A program made the position numbers and the translations under genes. From assembly GCF_036971445.1 (NCBI RefSeq), contig NC_091476.1:27714001-27778000 (forward strand): a stretch of DNA of 64,000 nucleotides, in the 5' to 3' direction. This document shows positions 1 to 14,140 of this stretch, piece by piece. Source of the stretch: Narcine bancroftii. Lineage: Eukaryota. Every line of letters begins with the position of its first letter. Within the stretch, counting starts at the first letter, position 1. The notes under the pieces are model-generated. The model was not told the DNA's origin. It did not search any database and was given only the letters and a program-made list of their open reading frames with translations.

Positions 1-1494
1 AGTCAAGTTTCTTGCTTGAGCCCTCATTCAGGAGTGCTTATAATCACCCAGACACCCATTAACAAGGTGGAGTTAAGGGGAAGTGGAAGGAGAAGAAACA
101 CATGATAACAGGGGAAAGGTAATAGGTAGATAGATAGGACAGTAAAAGAGAAAGAAGCTGAGAAGTGACAAGGAGAGAGGGCAGTGAGCCAAGATAGCTC
201 TCTGATAAGAGAAGGGGTTGAGGAGTTGAAGGAAGGGAGACAGAGGGATGAAGAAAAGAGAGACCTGGGGAGAGGGTTGGCAAAATGGCTCATTGGAATT
301 GATGGATAGATGCCTGCTTTGGAGACAATGGATTGATTGGGATAGTATCTGTCACATTATGAAGAGCTGTTTATTTAGTTCCATTCATCAGATCTTATAC
401 TTTCTGTTTTCCAAGAATATATCCAATTCCATTTTGTAGGTTAATGGTGAATTTGCTTCGATCATCCTTTCATGCAATGTATTCTAGATCATTACAGCTT
501 GCTGAACTGAAAATATTGCCAAATTTCCTTGCTTATTTTGTCAATTACCTTGTACACATGTCCTCTGGCTGTTAATATCACTTGTACAGCCTCTTTCTCA
601 TTGGTAAATAAATGGGGAATTAATCACAGTAGTCTACTTTCCACCTTGAGTTAGACTAGCTATTTAAATGTGAAAATACACTCAGAGTATCTGTTTCTTC
701 AAATAGCTAACCTTTAGACCTTATTCTGGAGTAGAAGACAAAGTGAAACAAAGGCAAAGTAACATTTTCATTTCTTAACAGCAACCTTTTGTCATTAGAC
801 TGCAAGTCAGTAAGAAACCACCACATAGGTGCGCAAATATGAGCTACATCCACCCACCCCCACCCTCCTTTTTGTGAAACTTGAGCAATGGGGCTGGGGT
901 AAACTGACCCACTAGGCATATAAAGGAGAAAGTGAATTGGAGGGTATGGCAGACAACGTGTTTTAATTTTTTAGTCTCATTTTCATTGTTTATCCCCTAC
1001 CTTTTATTGTTTATTTAATACTTGGGGTCTGGTAGTACGTTGTTTTTCTTGTGTAATTGTGCATCTGTATAATTTATGGAAGAAGGGAGGGGAGGGAATA
1101 AGGGAGAGGGGAAAATACTGGACTCTGTGAATCATATTGTGTGGAAGGAAAATGTACTATATTGTTTGCTTGGATCACCATAACTCTTATCATAAAGGCT
1201 AGCCCAAAGAATTTAAACAATTTTTCATCCTCCAATTTTCTCATTTTATGGGTTTCATAAGTCAACCTGTGGCTCGCCCAATGCGTATTCAAGCCAGAAG
1301 TAATGATAGGTAATTTGATTCAGATTCCATGATGATCAGGTCCAATAATGTTCTTGGCAGGAATCAAATGTACACTCTCCAGTATGATTCCCTAGATAGC
1401 AACAATAAGAGTGAAGTCTGGGTAGGTTGTTAGCAACCCAGTTCAGTAATAAAATCTGCAACATTTTAATGTGATTTTAGTCACTGGGAAAATC

Positions 1495-1805
1495 ATCTAC
1501 AAGAGGAAGTGTCAAGAAAGAAGCCTCTATCCTCAAGGTCCCCATCATCCAGGCCATGCTCTCTTCACTCTGCTACCATCAAGAAAAAAGGGCAGGAGCC
1601 TGAAGACGAGCACTCAGCGGCATAAGGATTGCTTCCTCCCCTCCACCAACAGATTCCTGAATGAACACTGTACCACAGACACTGCCTTATTTTGACTTTT
1701 CCTTGTAGTTAAAAAAAAAATTATTTTAAGGTGGCTTATCTAAATATTTGCACCGTGATGCTACTGCAAAATAATGATGTTCATGACAATAAATTCTGAT
1801 TCTGA
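1495..1805 (+). mobile_element. Rex1/Babar-type LINE 3' fragment
   Basis: Translates to PHHPGHALFTLLPS..RSLKT..RHKDCFLPS..RFLN, typical of the Rex1 ORF C-terminus; ends CATGACAATAAA followed by TTCTGA x2. Confidence 0.75.
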
Positions 1806-2984
1806 AATCAAGAGTGGAAAATCTATCCATTTGCACTGTAATTAAAATATTTAATGTGGCTTGAATTTTATGATTATGGCAATCAAAATTAGGGAGCAGG
1901 AGATATTGTAAGAGTAGAAAGCTGAAGACAGCAGTATGAAGATGTAGTTCAAGCATGGAACAAGGCTTTAACTTGTTGAGTGTTTCATTGAGCCAATCCA
2001 ATCCCTTCATATCAAACATTCTTCAACCTCAATCTTTTATTTTCAAGAGTTGTATCCTCCCTTTCCTAAATAGCTTTGATATTCCTCTCATCTACTATTA
2101 ATTTGTTCTTCTAAACTACTGATTCTCCTCCAAATATTCTCAAAAGGTTGTCAAGTGTCAGCAACAATTCAAGAATTTCCTCTCAGACCATCTCTAGAAG
2201 GATTTCTAAGATCACCTTCAATGTTAAAAGATATTCTATGTGACACACATTAGGTTTAATATTGCTCTGCCATGGCCTTCCCTAGAATTTCTGTATGGTT
2301 AACAACTGTAAGCTATGGTAATGATTTCTATTCCCAACACACTCAGCCTTCTCTGCCAAAATGCCTTAACTACATCCTTAGCTTACTCAATTACATCCTT
2401 ATCTTGTCAAAATAAAACCAGGTCAATAGCCATACAAGAAAATTAGACGTTTTTTTTTTCTTCATTGCCACATCTACCCTAAGCTATTTGATGTTCAATT
2501 ATCTCTTCCAAATTCTGGCTGAGACCACCTTATTTGGTTACTTGCACAACCTTTATAATTTATAATATTGGAGAAACTCAGATGGGCAAACAGTGTACTT
2601 TAGATAGCAAAGATACATACCTTTATCAAGATATGAACAAAATGTGGGTAGGTGCCCATAAAAAAATGGTGGGGGAGAGGGGCAGAGGGAGGAGTGCAGT
2701 CCCACAGGCAAAAGGTAATAGGTGGATATGGGAGGGAGGGCACACCAGCAAAAAAAAGTTGGGGGGGGGGATGGCTCTGTAAATGGACAGCTGTAGGAAA
2801 AAAGAGGGATGGGGAAGAGGGAGAAATGGGAAGTAGGCTAGTAGAAATCATATGTTAATGCCATCAAGTTGGAAAATATCCAGATGGAAAATTAGATGTT
2901 GCTCCTCCAATTTACAGGTGATTTGGGTTTGCCCTGATGGAAAATTATAAATTTAAACACTGGTCTGAGCAGTGACATGGATTC

Positions 2985-4140
2985 ATTCTAGTTTGCCTAT
3001 CATAGAAACAGGCCTACGGCAGATGCCATCTCACTGGCTCTACACAAAACCCAGGAACACCTAGACAGCAAAGGTGCATACATCACGATGCTCTTTATCA
3101 ATTACAGTTCAGCATTTAACACCATCATCCCCTCAAAACTGATCAGCAAACTCCAAGACCTGAGGGTCAACACCCCATTGTGTAATTGGATCATGGATTT
3201 CCTCACCTCCAGACTACAATCAGTGAAGATTGGTAAAAATCTCTTCCACAATCTCTATCAGTACCAGAACACCACAGGGCTGTGATCTTACTTCCCTGCT
3301 CTATTCACTTTACACCTATGACTGTGTAGCTCAGTATGACAATAAAACCATCTACAAATTTGCCGACAATACCATGGTGCTGGGTTGTATAAAGGAAGGG
3401 ATGTCAGCATACAGGAGGGAAATTGAAAACCAACAACAACCTTGCACTCAATGTCACTAAAACTAAGGAGCTGATTATTGACTTCAGGAAAGGAAAGCCA
3501 GAAGTATACGATCCAGTGATCATTGGAAGAAAATTAGAGGTGGAAAGGATGAGCAAATTCAGGTTCTCAGGAGTCATTACCTCAGAGGATCTTTCCTGGA
3601 CCTAAAACACCAATGGCATCATGAAGAAAGCACAACAGTGCCTCTACTTCCTCAGGAGTTTGTGGTTTGGTATGTCACCAGAAACCCTGGCAAATTTCAA
3701 CAGAGGTGTGGTGGAAAGTGTGCTGATCAGTTGCATCACTGTCTGGTATGGGAACACCAATACCCCTGAGTGCAAAGACCTCCAAAAGGTAGTGGACACA
3801 GCTCAAACATTACAGGAAAAATCCTCCCCACTAATGAGTACACCTATATGGAATGCTGCCATTGGAGGGTAGCATCAATCATCAAAGACCCACACCACCC
3901 AGCACACCCTATATTCTCTCTGCTGCCATCATGAAAGAGGTATAGGAGCCACAAGATTCACACCACCAGGTTCAGAAACAGCTGCTCTTCCTCCACCATT
4001 AGACTCCTCAACGACAAACTCAATCAGAGACTCATTTAAGGACTCTTTCTTGTGCACTTTATTGATTTTTTTCTCTCTGCATTGCACAGTTTGTTCACAT
4101 TTGTTATCTGTTTACAGTTCTTTTATTTGTTTACATGTTT
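2985..4140 (+). mobile_element. Rex1-type non-LTR retrotransposon, degenerate RT and 3' end
   Basis: Frameshifted ORFs [66 protein letters not shown]. Confidence 0.85.
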
Positions 4141-4984
4141 TTTAAAAATCAAAAAACTGAAAAATTAGAGCTGAATGGGAAAGATCACAAGGTCCTTTGA
4201 GGCATTTTTTGATCATGAGCCAAGATTAACAGTTCATCTTAATCCATCACCAAGGCAATCTGCTTTCCAGTCAGTTATCTCAAACCACATCCAATCTTAT
4301 TGCTTTGATGCAGTCAATATTTTATGTTCAACTTCTCTAACATTCTTCTAACCTCATCAATTCCACCAAAATTAAAGGTACAAAGAATCCACAACAGGAC
4401 AGGATCAGTTTCAAATTCCTTATAGTCATCTTCGAATCTATCCATTCCACTTGTTCAACCTACTCCATTCTGAAGTCCCATTGTTCAAACTTAACTTCTC
4501 CAACACAGTTTTACTATTATTTTCATCTATTACCTCTTCATCATTTGCAAAAAGATCATTATATTCTTAGACTTTAAAATTCTTCACTTTGTGGCCTTTC
4601 TTTCCACTTTTGAACTTTTTTTTTCCTTTTGACTACTGCTTTGGCTATTTCTTCTACTTTTTGCTGTCTTTAAAACTCTCTTTTAAGATATTCAAGTGCT
4701 TTTAAATATGTGGTATTGTTTTCAAATAAAATAAATAAGGAACATTTATGACTCACCATTGCCAAGTAAGGCTCTTTGTTTGATATATTCAAGTCATATT
4801 GTAGACATTCAACATAGAACAATACCACATAGGGAAAGTCTTTTGGTCCGTGTATCTATGCCAAACACATTGTCCCTATCAAACTAAAAATCTGATGCTT
4901 GCACTTTATACACATCTCTCTAGCTCCTTCATATTCCAATGTCTATCTAGTATGACTGCTTCCACCACTTCCAGACACCTAGCT

Positions 4985-5480
4985 CTCTCTCCCTACAATA
5001 AAATATGTCCAAGTCCCTGCTCCCCCTTATCTTAAAGGCATGTTCTCAAGTGTGCAACGCTTTTACCCTGGGGAAAAGATTCCAACTGTCCACCCTATCA
5101 ATGCCTCTCATTATTTCGTCAACTTTTGCCAAGTCTCCCATCAGCCTCCTGTGCTCCAGAGAAAACAACCCAAGTTTGTCTAATATCACCCTATAACACT
5201 GGCCCTTTAAACCAAGGAGCAGCCTGATAAACCTCTTCTGTACCCTTTCCAAAACTTCCACATCCTTCCTGAAATGGGGTAACCAGAACTGCACTCAGTA
5301 TTCCAAATGCAGCCTAAGCTAAGTTTCATACAACTGCAACAATATGCCTTCCTTCCTTACTTTATACTCAATGCACAGCCCAATGAAGCCAAGCATTCCA
5401 TATACCTGCTTTACCACCTGATCCATTTACATGGCCACTTTCAATGAGCTATCCACCCGGACCCCATATCCTTCTGCATT
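4985..5480 (-). mobile_element. CR1 LINE 3' fragment
   Basis: Minus ORF QFWLPHFRKDVEVLERVQKRF..LGLFSLEHRRLMGDL is the CR1 ORF2 C-terminal signature. Confidence 0.85.
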
Positions 5481-5732
5481 GGGGGAGGGAACACTTTGTT
5501 GAGTACCTTTGTTCTGTACACTGGAACAGCACAGATCCAAGCCAGCTACATCTCATTCACACACTGACCTGTCTGCCCATGGGCTTGTAGATCACCTATA
5601 AATTGAAGGAACAACATCTCCTGTTCCACTTTGGCAGTCTCCAACCAGAAGGGATCAATATCACCACCAGTTTCCAATAATCCCCTCCCCCTTTCTATTA
5701 TCCCACTGACTCCTTTGTTTCTCTTTTCAACC

Positions 5733-5850
5733 AGTGGTTCTCAATTTTTTTCCTCCTCACATATACCAGTTTAAGTAATCCCTTACTAACCACAGAGCAT
5801 CTATGCCACACTGGTATGAATGAGGGGGAAAAAAATGTTGAGAACCACTA
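5733..5850. mobile_element. hAT-Charlie-like MITE (single unit)
   Basis: Termini CAGTGGTTCTCAA ... TTGAGAACCACT; same family as 6316-6687 and 14812-14941. Confidence 0.7.
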
Positions 5851-6315
5851 ACCTATACCTACCTTCCTCCAGTTCTCCACTCTGTTCCTCAGACAGCACC
5901 TTTCTCAGACTTCTGGTCCATTCTCCTATCTCAGCCCCTTTCCTTTCTTCCACTGGCATTCCTGTAAGCCTGTGTTGCTTCTTCCCACCCCCCACCTTCT
6001 TAGTCAAGTTATTACCATCTGATTGCACAAGTACAACCTGATGAAACAGCTTTTCAGCATTTGCCCTGATGAACAGCTGAGGCCCAAAATGCCAATTGCT
6101 TTGTATGGATGCTGCATGACCTGTTGAGTTACCCCAGCACTTTAGTGTTTCTCGACATGTTAGTACTTTTAAGTGCCCTGCCATTTACACTTTTCATTTA
6201 TCTTGTATTTAACTTCCTAAAATTCAACATCTGACACTTCTCCTGATTAAGCACCAACTGACCACATATGTAACTGATTTCTACCCCATATATTCTTCAA
6301 GAGCTCTCTACTCGA

Positions 6316-6687
6316 GTGGTTCTCAACCTTTTTCTTTCCACTCACATACCATTTTAAGTATTCCCTATGCCATAGATGCTCTGTGATTAGCAAGGGATTG
6401 CTTAAAGTGGTATGTGGGTAGAGAGAAAAAGTTTGAAAACCACTGTTTTAATCATACCTAATTGACTCGTTAAGTGCATGCTTTCATAACTCCAAAGGAA
6501 ATGGGCCAATAAGAACTTTTCTCAAGCAAAGTATTTCAGCCACAATTGGGTCTAGAGCAGTGATTCTCAACTTTCCCTTCCCACTCACATACTGCCTTAA
6601 GCAATCCCTTACTAATCACAGAGCACCAATGGCATAGGGATTACTTAGAGTGGTATGTGTGTGGAAAGAAAAAGGTTGAGAACCACC
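6316..6687. mobile_element. Composite hAT-Charlie-like MITE: two ~130-bp units in inverted orientation around a ~110-bp spacer
   Basis: AGTGGTTCTCAACC...GAAAACCACTG, spacer, then GTCTAGAG CAGTGATTCTCAAC...GGTTGAGAACCAC. Confidence 0.75.
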
Positions 6688-7249
6688 GTACCCTTCCACA
6701 ATTCCACCAATCTTTGTGTCATCTGCAAATTTACTCATCTGCCCACTTTTGGATCCAAGTCATTTATACATAATCCCAAACAACAGGTCCCCCAACATCA
6801 ATCCCTAAAGAAAACCACTGGTTGCAGGCCTCCAGTCTGACATAACAGCCTTCCCCAGTACCTTCGGTCTTCCGTGGACCAGCCAATTTCATACCCGAAC
6901 TCATGCACCTTCTGAGTCAGCCTGTCACGAAGGACCCGGTTCAAACAGTCTCGGAGTAAGTCTGCAGTCGCAGTGGTTGAAGTAAAAAAAGAAACCATAA
7001 CGCTGGAGAAACTCAGCAAGTCAAACCGTGTGCTTTATGTCGCAAAGGAGAAAGGGCTTGAGCCCTTCGTCGAGGTATTTAGTGTTTTCCATAAGGCATA
7101 AAGTCCTCCTGATCTCCCAAATCCTTGCTACCTTCCAAAGAACATCCGACCTCTAGCTCTGCAGCAAGACGTAAATGAAAGTCTTGGTACCAAGTGCGAG
7201 ACAATCACCTTATATATCTTTTTTTTTAAAGTTAACATCCTAGATTCAT

Positions 7250-8370
7250 GCACGCTGACATTTTTCGTGTTTTCTTTTCTGGGGAGATCGATCCCCGAAC
7301 TGGAGATGAATACGAAAGCCTATCCGATCGGGGCAATGCCTCGAGAGCCACCCACAACTCTCCCGAGTGCCCTCAACAGCTCCACTGCAGACAAACGTGG
7401 AGAGAGAGGAATAAGATCACCTGCCAAATAGGTTCAGGCAACAAGACCAATGACTCGAGTCGCTTCAAAAAATGAGGTGACCATCCTGGACCATGTCCTG
7501 TCCACTGAACACACGCGGCTGATCAACAGTGTGGGCGCTTGCCCCGCTGGAGCCCTCGGAGAAGAAGGCTTAACATTTTAAAGAATAGATGTATTTGAAG
7601 CTGAATTAAATAAGCTTGCTGGAGGCATCGGATTATTTCGCTCTTAAATATTACCCGGGGTTCCCATGGAAACAAGAACGTGAAGGCGGAAAGCGAAGGG
7701 ACCAAGTGGGTGATGCTGCAGTAAACGAGACCCCCTCGGAAACACACTCGGCTGAGGCATTGGTGAGCTTTAAAGATACATAAAATAGCCTTTAGTCTCT
7801 CGTTAATGAAGACAAAAGAGGGCCAGAAACAGACCGTACGTACCTCACACGTCACGCCTTCCAGTGCGCTCCCGAGCAAACCCCGCACCCCAGCTCCGTG
7901 CGGGCGGGCCGGCCGGCGGCGCCCGCCCACCTGCTGCGATGGACGGCCGCCGCAGCCAATGGGCGCGCCGAGGCTGATCCGCCCGCCGTTCATTGGCGCG
8001 CATCGAAGTTCCAGTTTGGTCGTCATGCGTGCAGGACATTCTCCATCGGAATGATTCGAGGGTGGTCTTTTTTTAAACCCCCCCCCACCCACCCCGAACT
8101 GTCAGGTCGGCGGGGCGCCGATGGCGGACTACAATGCCAATCCGGTCCGTGGGATCCCCACCAGCTCGCTGCACGAAATGGGAAGGCGGCACCTCCGCAC
8201 TCCTCCGTCTCCTTGGAAACGGCTGCTCCCGGCCACGACTTCTGTGAAACTCGGTTGAACGTCACGGCGATTGCATTTCATGTCAGAGCGGAATTATCAG
8301 GGCAAAGTGAGAGGGGAACCTTGGTTTTCAGGCCACATGGGGTGGGGGGGGGATCGGCAACACGGAGCAA
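7250..8370 (-). promoter_or_regulatory. CpG-island promoter with probable non-coding first exon transcribed leftwards
   Basis: High GC/CpG against an AT-rich background; CCAAT 7956-7960, ATTGG 7992-7996, CCAAT 8137-8141; GC boxes; YY1-like GATGGCGG ~8120; minus-strand donor GAG|GTACGT at 7844/7843. Confidence 0.7.
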
Positions 8371-8374
8371 ATGA

Positions 8375-9870
8375 GGGAGTTGAAGGGTATAAAAATAGAG
8401 GGGGCGACCTCGAGAAAGAGGTCAGGAAGGCTAGAAGAACGTTGCTTCGGCAGACAACGTGCAGGAAAAGCCTAAGGGTTTCTACAGGTATATTAAAAGC
8501 AAAAGAATAGTAAGGGACAAAATTGGACACCATATGTATCCAGCCAAAAGTGATGGGGGAGAATTTTTTTTCCTCATCAGTCGTCTTTCCAAGAAACTGG
8601 CAGTCGTGGGAAGTCAGGAAAACACCCAGTGAGGTCATTGGAACCTATACAGTTTAAAGAGGAGGAAGTCATTGCTGTCTGAATAAGGGTGGATAAATCC
8701 CTAGGGCCTGGAAGGAGGACAGTGTCAGAATTCCAGGGGCTCGAGCAGAAATATTTAAAATGTCCTTAGCCATGGGTGTGGTGGGTAGTTCACACTGTTT
8801 TGTTGTTTTAAAACCTCCAAAAGTAACCCTGGAAATTATAAGACGATGAGCCTGATGTCCGTAGTAGGTAAGTTTTTGGAAGGTGTTCAAAGAGATCATG
8901 CATACAATTATTTGGAGAGCCAGGGACTGATTAGGGATAGTCAACATGGCTTTTAGGGTAGCACAGTTGGCATAGTGGTTGGGGCAATGCTTTTACAGCG
9001 CCAGCAATTGGGACTTTGCTGTTTGAAAGAGTTTGCTTGGGTTTTCCCTTGGGGCTCCGGTTTCCCTCTACCATTTGAAATGTACCGGGGGCGGGGGGGG
9101 GGGGGGGGGGTAGGTTAATTGGGCAGCAAAGACTCATGGGGTGAAAAGGCCTTTTACTGTACTGTATGTCTAAATTTAATTTATATTTGTGTGAGGTAGG
9201 TTGTTTTTAACCAACTACCAAGAAAGTTGACAAAGGAAAGGCTGTGGATGTTGTCTATATGGACTTTAGTAACACCTTTGACAAGGTCCTGCATGGGAGG
9301 TTCAGATGCTCAGTATTCATGGTGAAGTAGTAAACTGGATTCCACAGAGGTTGGACCAGAGAAGCCAGAGAGTAGTGGTGGATCATTGTTTCTCAGACTA
9401 GAGGCCTGTGACTAGTGGTGTGCCTCAGGGTTTGGTGCTGGGGCCATTGTTGTCATCTATATCAATGATCTGGATGATAATGTGGTATATTGGATCAGTA
9501 AATTTGAAGATGACACTAAAATTGGAGGTGGTGTGGGCAGCAAAGGTTTTCAAAGCTTGCAGAAAGATACAGACCAGATGGAAGAATGGGCTTAGAAATG
9601 GCAGATGGAGCTTACTGCAGGCAAGTGTGAGATGTTGCATTTTGGAAGGACAAACCAAGAAAGGACATGCACGGTTATTGGTAGGGCATTGAGGAGTGCA
9701 GTAGAACAGAGGGATCTGGGACTACAGATATCAATTCCCTGAAAGTGGTGTCATGGGTAGATAGGGTTGCAAAGAGAGTTTTTGGCATATTGGCCTTTGT
9801 AAATCAGAATTGAGTATAGCATTTTGTATGGTAAAGTTGTATAAGACATCATTGAGGCCAAATTTGGACA
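8375..9870 (+). mobile_element. Degenerate CR1 LINE ORF2, interrupted by a V-SINE at ~8955-9180
   Basis: VDVVYMDFS..FDKV, TSGVPQGLVLGPLL and DDTKIGG motifs with frameshifts. Confidence 0.85.
8955..9180 (+). mobile_element. tRNA-derived V-SINE (HE1-like)
   Basis: A-box-like TGGCATAGTGG, V-domain GGGTTTTCC..GGGCTCCGGTTTCCCTC, CR1-like tail. Confidence 0.7.
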
Positions 9871-12800
9871 AGATCGAGTTTGGTTGGAAAAAAATCTAGT
9901 AACCAAGTTTTGTGTACAGGGAATTATCAGGCTTGATACAGAGCAAACTGTAATCATACTGCTGGTTAGAGTAACAGCTGTACAAGTACAGTCTGGAGAA
10001 AGTTACTTTTTGTAAAGTGTCAAACACAGTTATGTTTTACATTTCACTCACCAGAGTATAGTTTGGCGCATTTGAAAATACCAAAAATTGTGAGCATTTT
10101 CCATTTATCTTCAGGATGAAACATAGCTTCCACATAATCTCAAATTTACAGATTTATCCTGGTATGTAGGAAGGCAAGATGGGAGGGATTAATTATTATC
10201 CCTTTAAAGCAAAAATACTAAAGATGAAATTGAAATCAAAATAGAAAGAACTGGAAATACGCAGTAAATCAAGCAGCATCTGTGGAGAGAGAAACGGTTA
10301 AGACTTTTTATCAAAGGTGGAAAACATAGATAGAGCGTGGAAACTGATCTGCCTGAGTCCTTGCATCTTGTCCATTATCCATGCTAATACTTGTTTTATT
10401 CTAAACCATTTTATTTCCTCAACATTCAAATCTCTCACATTCTACAACTGATCTACATAATTGGGGTAATTTTGCAATAGCCAGTTAATCTACCTGCCAA
10501 CACATTCTAGGGTGTTGGAGAAAATTGGATATATTCAATTCCTAGTTAAATAGAAAAGTCTGCAGATGCTGGGCTTGTAGTACATTGCATAAAAAATGCT
10601 GGAGAAACTCAGCATCAAGAGAAAGTAAATGTTAACAATGTCTGAGAATTGCATATTTGATTTCTACCATTTTTAATGTTGTCGAGGGAGGGTGTGGAGA
10701 GAATGAAGGGAATGTCTCAGAGGATAGAAGCCGAGAGAAATAAGTGAATTTAATTACAGCTGATCTATCTGGGAAGATTCAAGTAGAAATCAGAAAATAA
10801 TAAAATAAGGAATACTAAAAATGATTAGAGAAAATATACTACTATTGTTTGATGAACTTCCATTAGAATTGTGCAGCTCAGACACAAATTAGAAAGGCTG
10901 TCAACATTAAATTAACTTAAATCCTGAGGGTAGTCACGTGGCAACTCTTTTTCAAGATTATGTTGGGCTTCAGTGAAAATGTAAGAGACCAAAGAGTGGG
11001 ATAGATTTAAGACCTTGGTGACTCAAAACTGAATTCAACAATTTCAGATAATTAAAGGACACTAAGGACATTAAAGCTGGAGTTTCTCCAGCTTTGTGTT
11101 TTTACTTCAACCATGGTGTCTGCAGACTTTCGTGTTTTACTTCAGATATTTGTATTACAAAAGGCCATTTGTAATATTAAAAGTTTTATCTTTCTACACT
11201 GTCTGCCCTTTTGGGCATTTCGAGCATACTCCTTTTATTTTTAGTTGTCAGAAATAGATTTACTTCTATTTCACAGTTTCTAACTTGCCCCTTTGATTTA
11301 TTTGTCTCAGAGCCACTTCAAAATCCCTTCAATCAGTGAGCTCAGCAACCTTGACCTCACCCTATTGAGATAATTTCTTTGTCATATCTCTCACTTACTG
11401 TCCTGTAACACAAACTTGCCCGTTAATTTTTTCAGTTTCAATGGTCTTTAAAACGTTGAACTCTTTCTCTTTCCATATTCTGCTTGACCTGCTGAGTATT
11501 TCTAACATTTTATTTTTATTTCTGTGATATTGTGAAATAGAGTCATACAGCGCAAAAGCAAATCCTTTGGCTCACCATCTCTCTGCCAGCCATCAATAAT
11601 AATCCCATTTACCAGCACTTGGTTGGTAGACTATTGGTTGGCAACTCAAGTGTTTCAGATGCTCATCTTTTTAATACCTGTCTCCAGCATCATTTTAGAC
11701 AGTGTGTTCTGGATGGCAAACAACCCCTGGCTGGAAAAATTCAAATTCAACTCACTACTGAACCTCTTCATCTTCATCCTAAAAATGTGACCTTTAGTCT
11801 TAGACATCTCTGCAGGGAGAGGGGGACAGCATAGAAATGATGATGGAGAAGAATAAATTTTTGGAAGTGGAGAAAATAATGAGCCTTAACATGAACATAT
11901 TGCAAGATGGTAGTCTTCATCCTGGCCAACAGAATCAACCAGGGGGAAAATGTTCATGTCAATGTTCTCCTGATTTTGGTACTGTTTGAGGAATAGAAAA
12001 TTTAATCAGGAATGAGAAATGAGATATGGGGGGGGGGGAAGAGAGAGGAAACATTTTTTAAAAGATATGGCTCTGTGCCAATTGAAATTATCAAAATCTT
12101 TAAGTAAGGATATGATTCAAAGAATGTTATTGAGGTACAGATAACTCACCAATTTTATTGACTGAGGCTGAATTGTCTACTATTTCTTTTGACCTGATAC
12201 AATCCTAGGTATTCTCAGAACAGAGACACACTTAGTGCTCCTAGACTGTTATGAGATTGCATTTCAAGAGATCACAATGGTTAATAGTAAAAGTTAATGA
12301 TTTTTTGTTTTTCAAGTGAGTCCAATAAGAATTTATTTTTAATTGGTTTTCATCAATTTCCCCAGAAAATAAGGAATTATCTGTTGGATCATTTTCGGAC
12401 ATTCAATTTCTTAATAAATTCTATTATTTTATGAACCATTTTTTTTTTTACATATCTTTAAATTCAGAAGTAATAACTCAATGTTAAAAAACAAATATAA
12501 ACAATGTAGGATTTGTTAAATAACATAAGAACATTGGCAAATTATGAAATATGTAACTGGATAAAACAGCATGTATATAAATATTAGCTTTTTTTAAAAT
12601 CTGTGTTTTGCCAAGAAGTTTGGAATAGGTATTTTTGTTACTTTTTTTGATTAATTAAAAAGTCATTAATCATTGATGTGTTGCATCAAAGCTGAGCTGC
12701 GTGCATATTAACAAAAACTGATTCAAAAATTTTGCATCCCTCAAAATACCATAGCACACCTTTATGGATAACCTATAATCCATATCAGTAAATCTTAAAT

Positions 12801-13296
12801 ATCAAAAATTATACTTGACCAATATTTAAATACCTATGAGTCAATCAGTGCACCAAATACCTCAACTAGCTTTAAAATGAAAGGTACCACTTTTGTGTTG
12901 CATTACTCATGATTGGCATTGGTACCTTGAGTAATTGAAAGCTATTTTCAAGTTTGTTTCACATTTTAAGTCATTAGGCGTTTTGCAACATTTTGTTTTA
13001 AGTGTTTTTAATTTCAGATCAGCTTTACATTTGATGATCGGATTGACACATTCTGAAGTTCATTACAATCTCATATTTTTAATGTTATAAATAGTTTAAC
13101 AATTTATTGCAGAGATGCAAATCGCCACAAATTGCTGTATAATTTCCACGATTGCCTTCATAAACTGTGCAGCTTGTGGCTACCTCCACACAAGTTTCAA
13201 GAATTTTTTGCTTGCTTTCTTAAAACTGAACTCATTGCAATGGTTAGGCCTAATGATTAACATTCTTTTAAATTTAAGTTAAATTTTAAATGTGAT

Positions 13297-14140
13297 TTAA
13301 AAAAAAAATTTAAATATACAGCACAGTAACAGGCCATTTTTGCCCACTAGTCCATGCCGCCCAATTAACGAACACCTCCAGTAAGTTTTGAATGGTGGGA
13401 GGAAACCGGAGACCCCAGAGAAAACCCATGCAGACACGTGGAAAACGTACCAATAGACAATAGACAATAGGAGCTGGAGTAGGCCATTTGGCCCGTCGGG
13501 CCAGCACCGCCATTTTAGATCATGGCTGATCATTACCATCAGTACCCCTTTCCAGCCTTATCCCCATAACCCTTAACTCCATTACCCACAAGAGTCTTAT
13601 CTAACTCTCTTTTGAACATAGTCAGTGAATCCGCCTCTACCACCCTCTGTGGCAGAGCATTCCACAGATTTACACTTCTCTGGGTAAAAAAATGCCTTCT
13701 CATCTCCGTCCTAAAGGGCCTACCCTGTATTCTTAAACTATGCCCTCTAGTCCTCGTCTCCCCCATCATTGGGAACAAGTAATCAGATTTCACCTTGTCT
13801 ATCCCCCTGATGATTTTGTATACCTCAATCATGTCCCCCCTCATCCTTCTAAACTCCAATGGATACAAGTCCAGTTTTTCTAGCCTTGCTGCATATAACA
13901 ACCCTGCCATCCCTGGAACTAACCTTGTAAATCTGCACTGCACACCCTCTATAGCTAGTATGTCCTTCCTCAAGTTTGGAGACCAGAACTGGACGCAATA
14001 CTCCAGGTGGGGTCTCACCAGGGCCCTGTATAACTGCAGAAGGGCGTCTCCTTACAGAGCGTGGAATTTGAACCGCAGTCAGGCCCCAATCACTGGTGCT
14101 GTAAAGGTGTTGTGCCAACCATTACGCCAACATGCCGCCA
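13297..14140 (-). mobile_element. V-SINE split by a young CR1 insertion
   Basis: SINE 3' part 13297-13450 and 5' part ~14045-14140 flank the CR1. Confidence 0.7.
13451..14043 (-). mobile_element. 5'-truncated young CR1 LINE
   Basis: Uninterrupted 159-aa ORF RPHLEYCVQFWSP..RGHSLRI..RRHFFTQR..WNALP; 3' tail CAATAGA repeats on the plus strand. Confidence 0.9.

Noticed and set aside
7523-8374. Long overlapping ORFs (189, 158 aa) in the CpG island
   Set aside because: GC-rich sequence lacks stops; no recognisable domain
9087-9110. Long G runs (also ~20421, ~23332, ~28549; C runs at ~25426, ~30098) as functional G-quadruplexes
   Set aside because: Homopolymers, mostly inside repeats; length unreliable and no evidence of function
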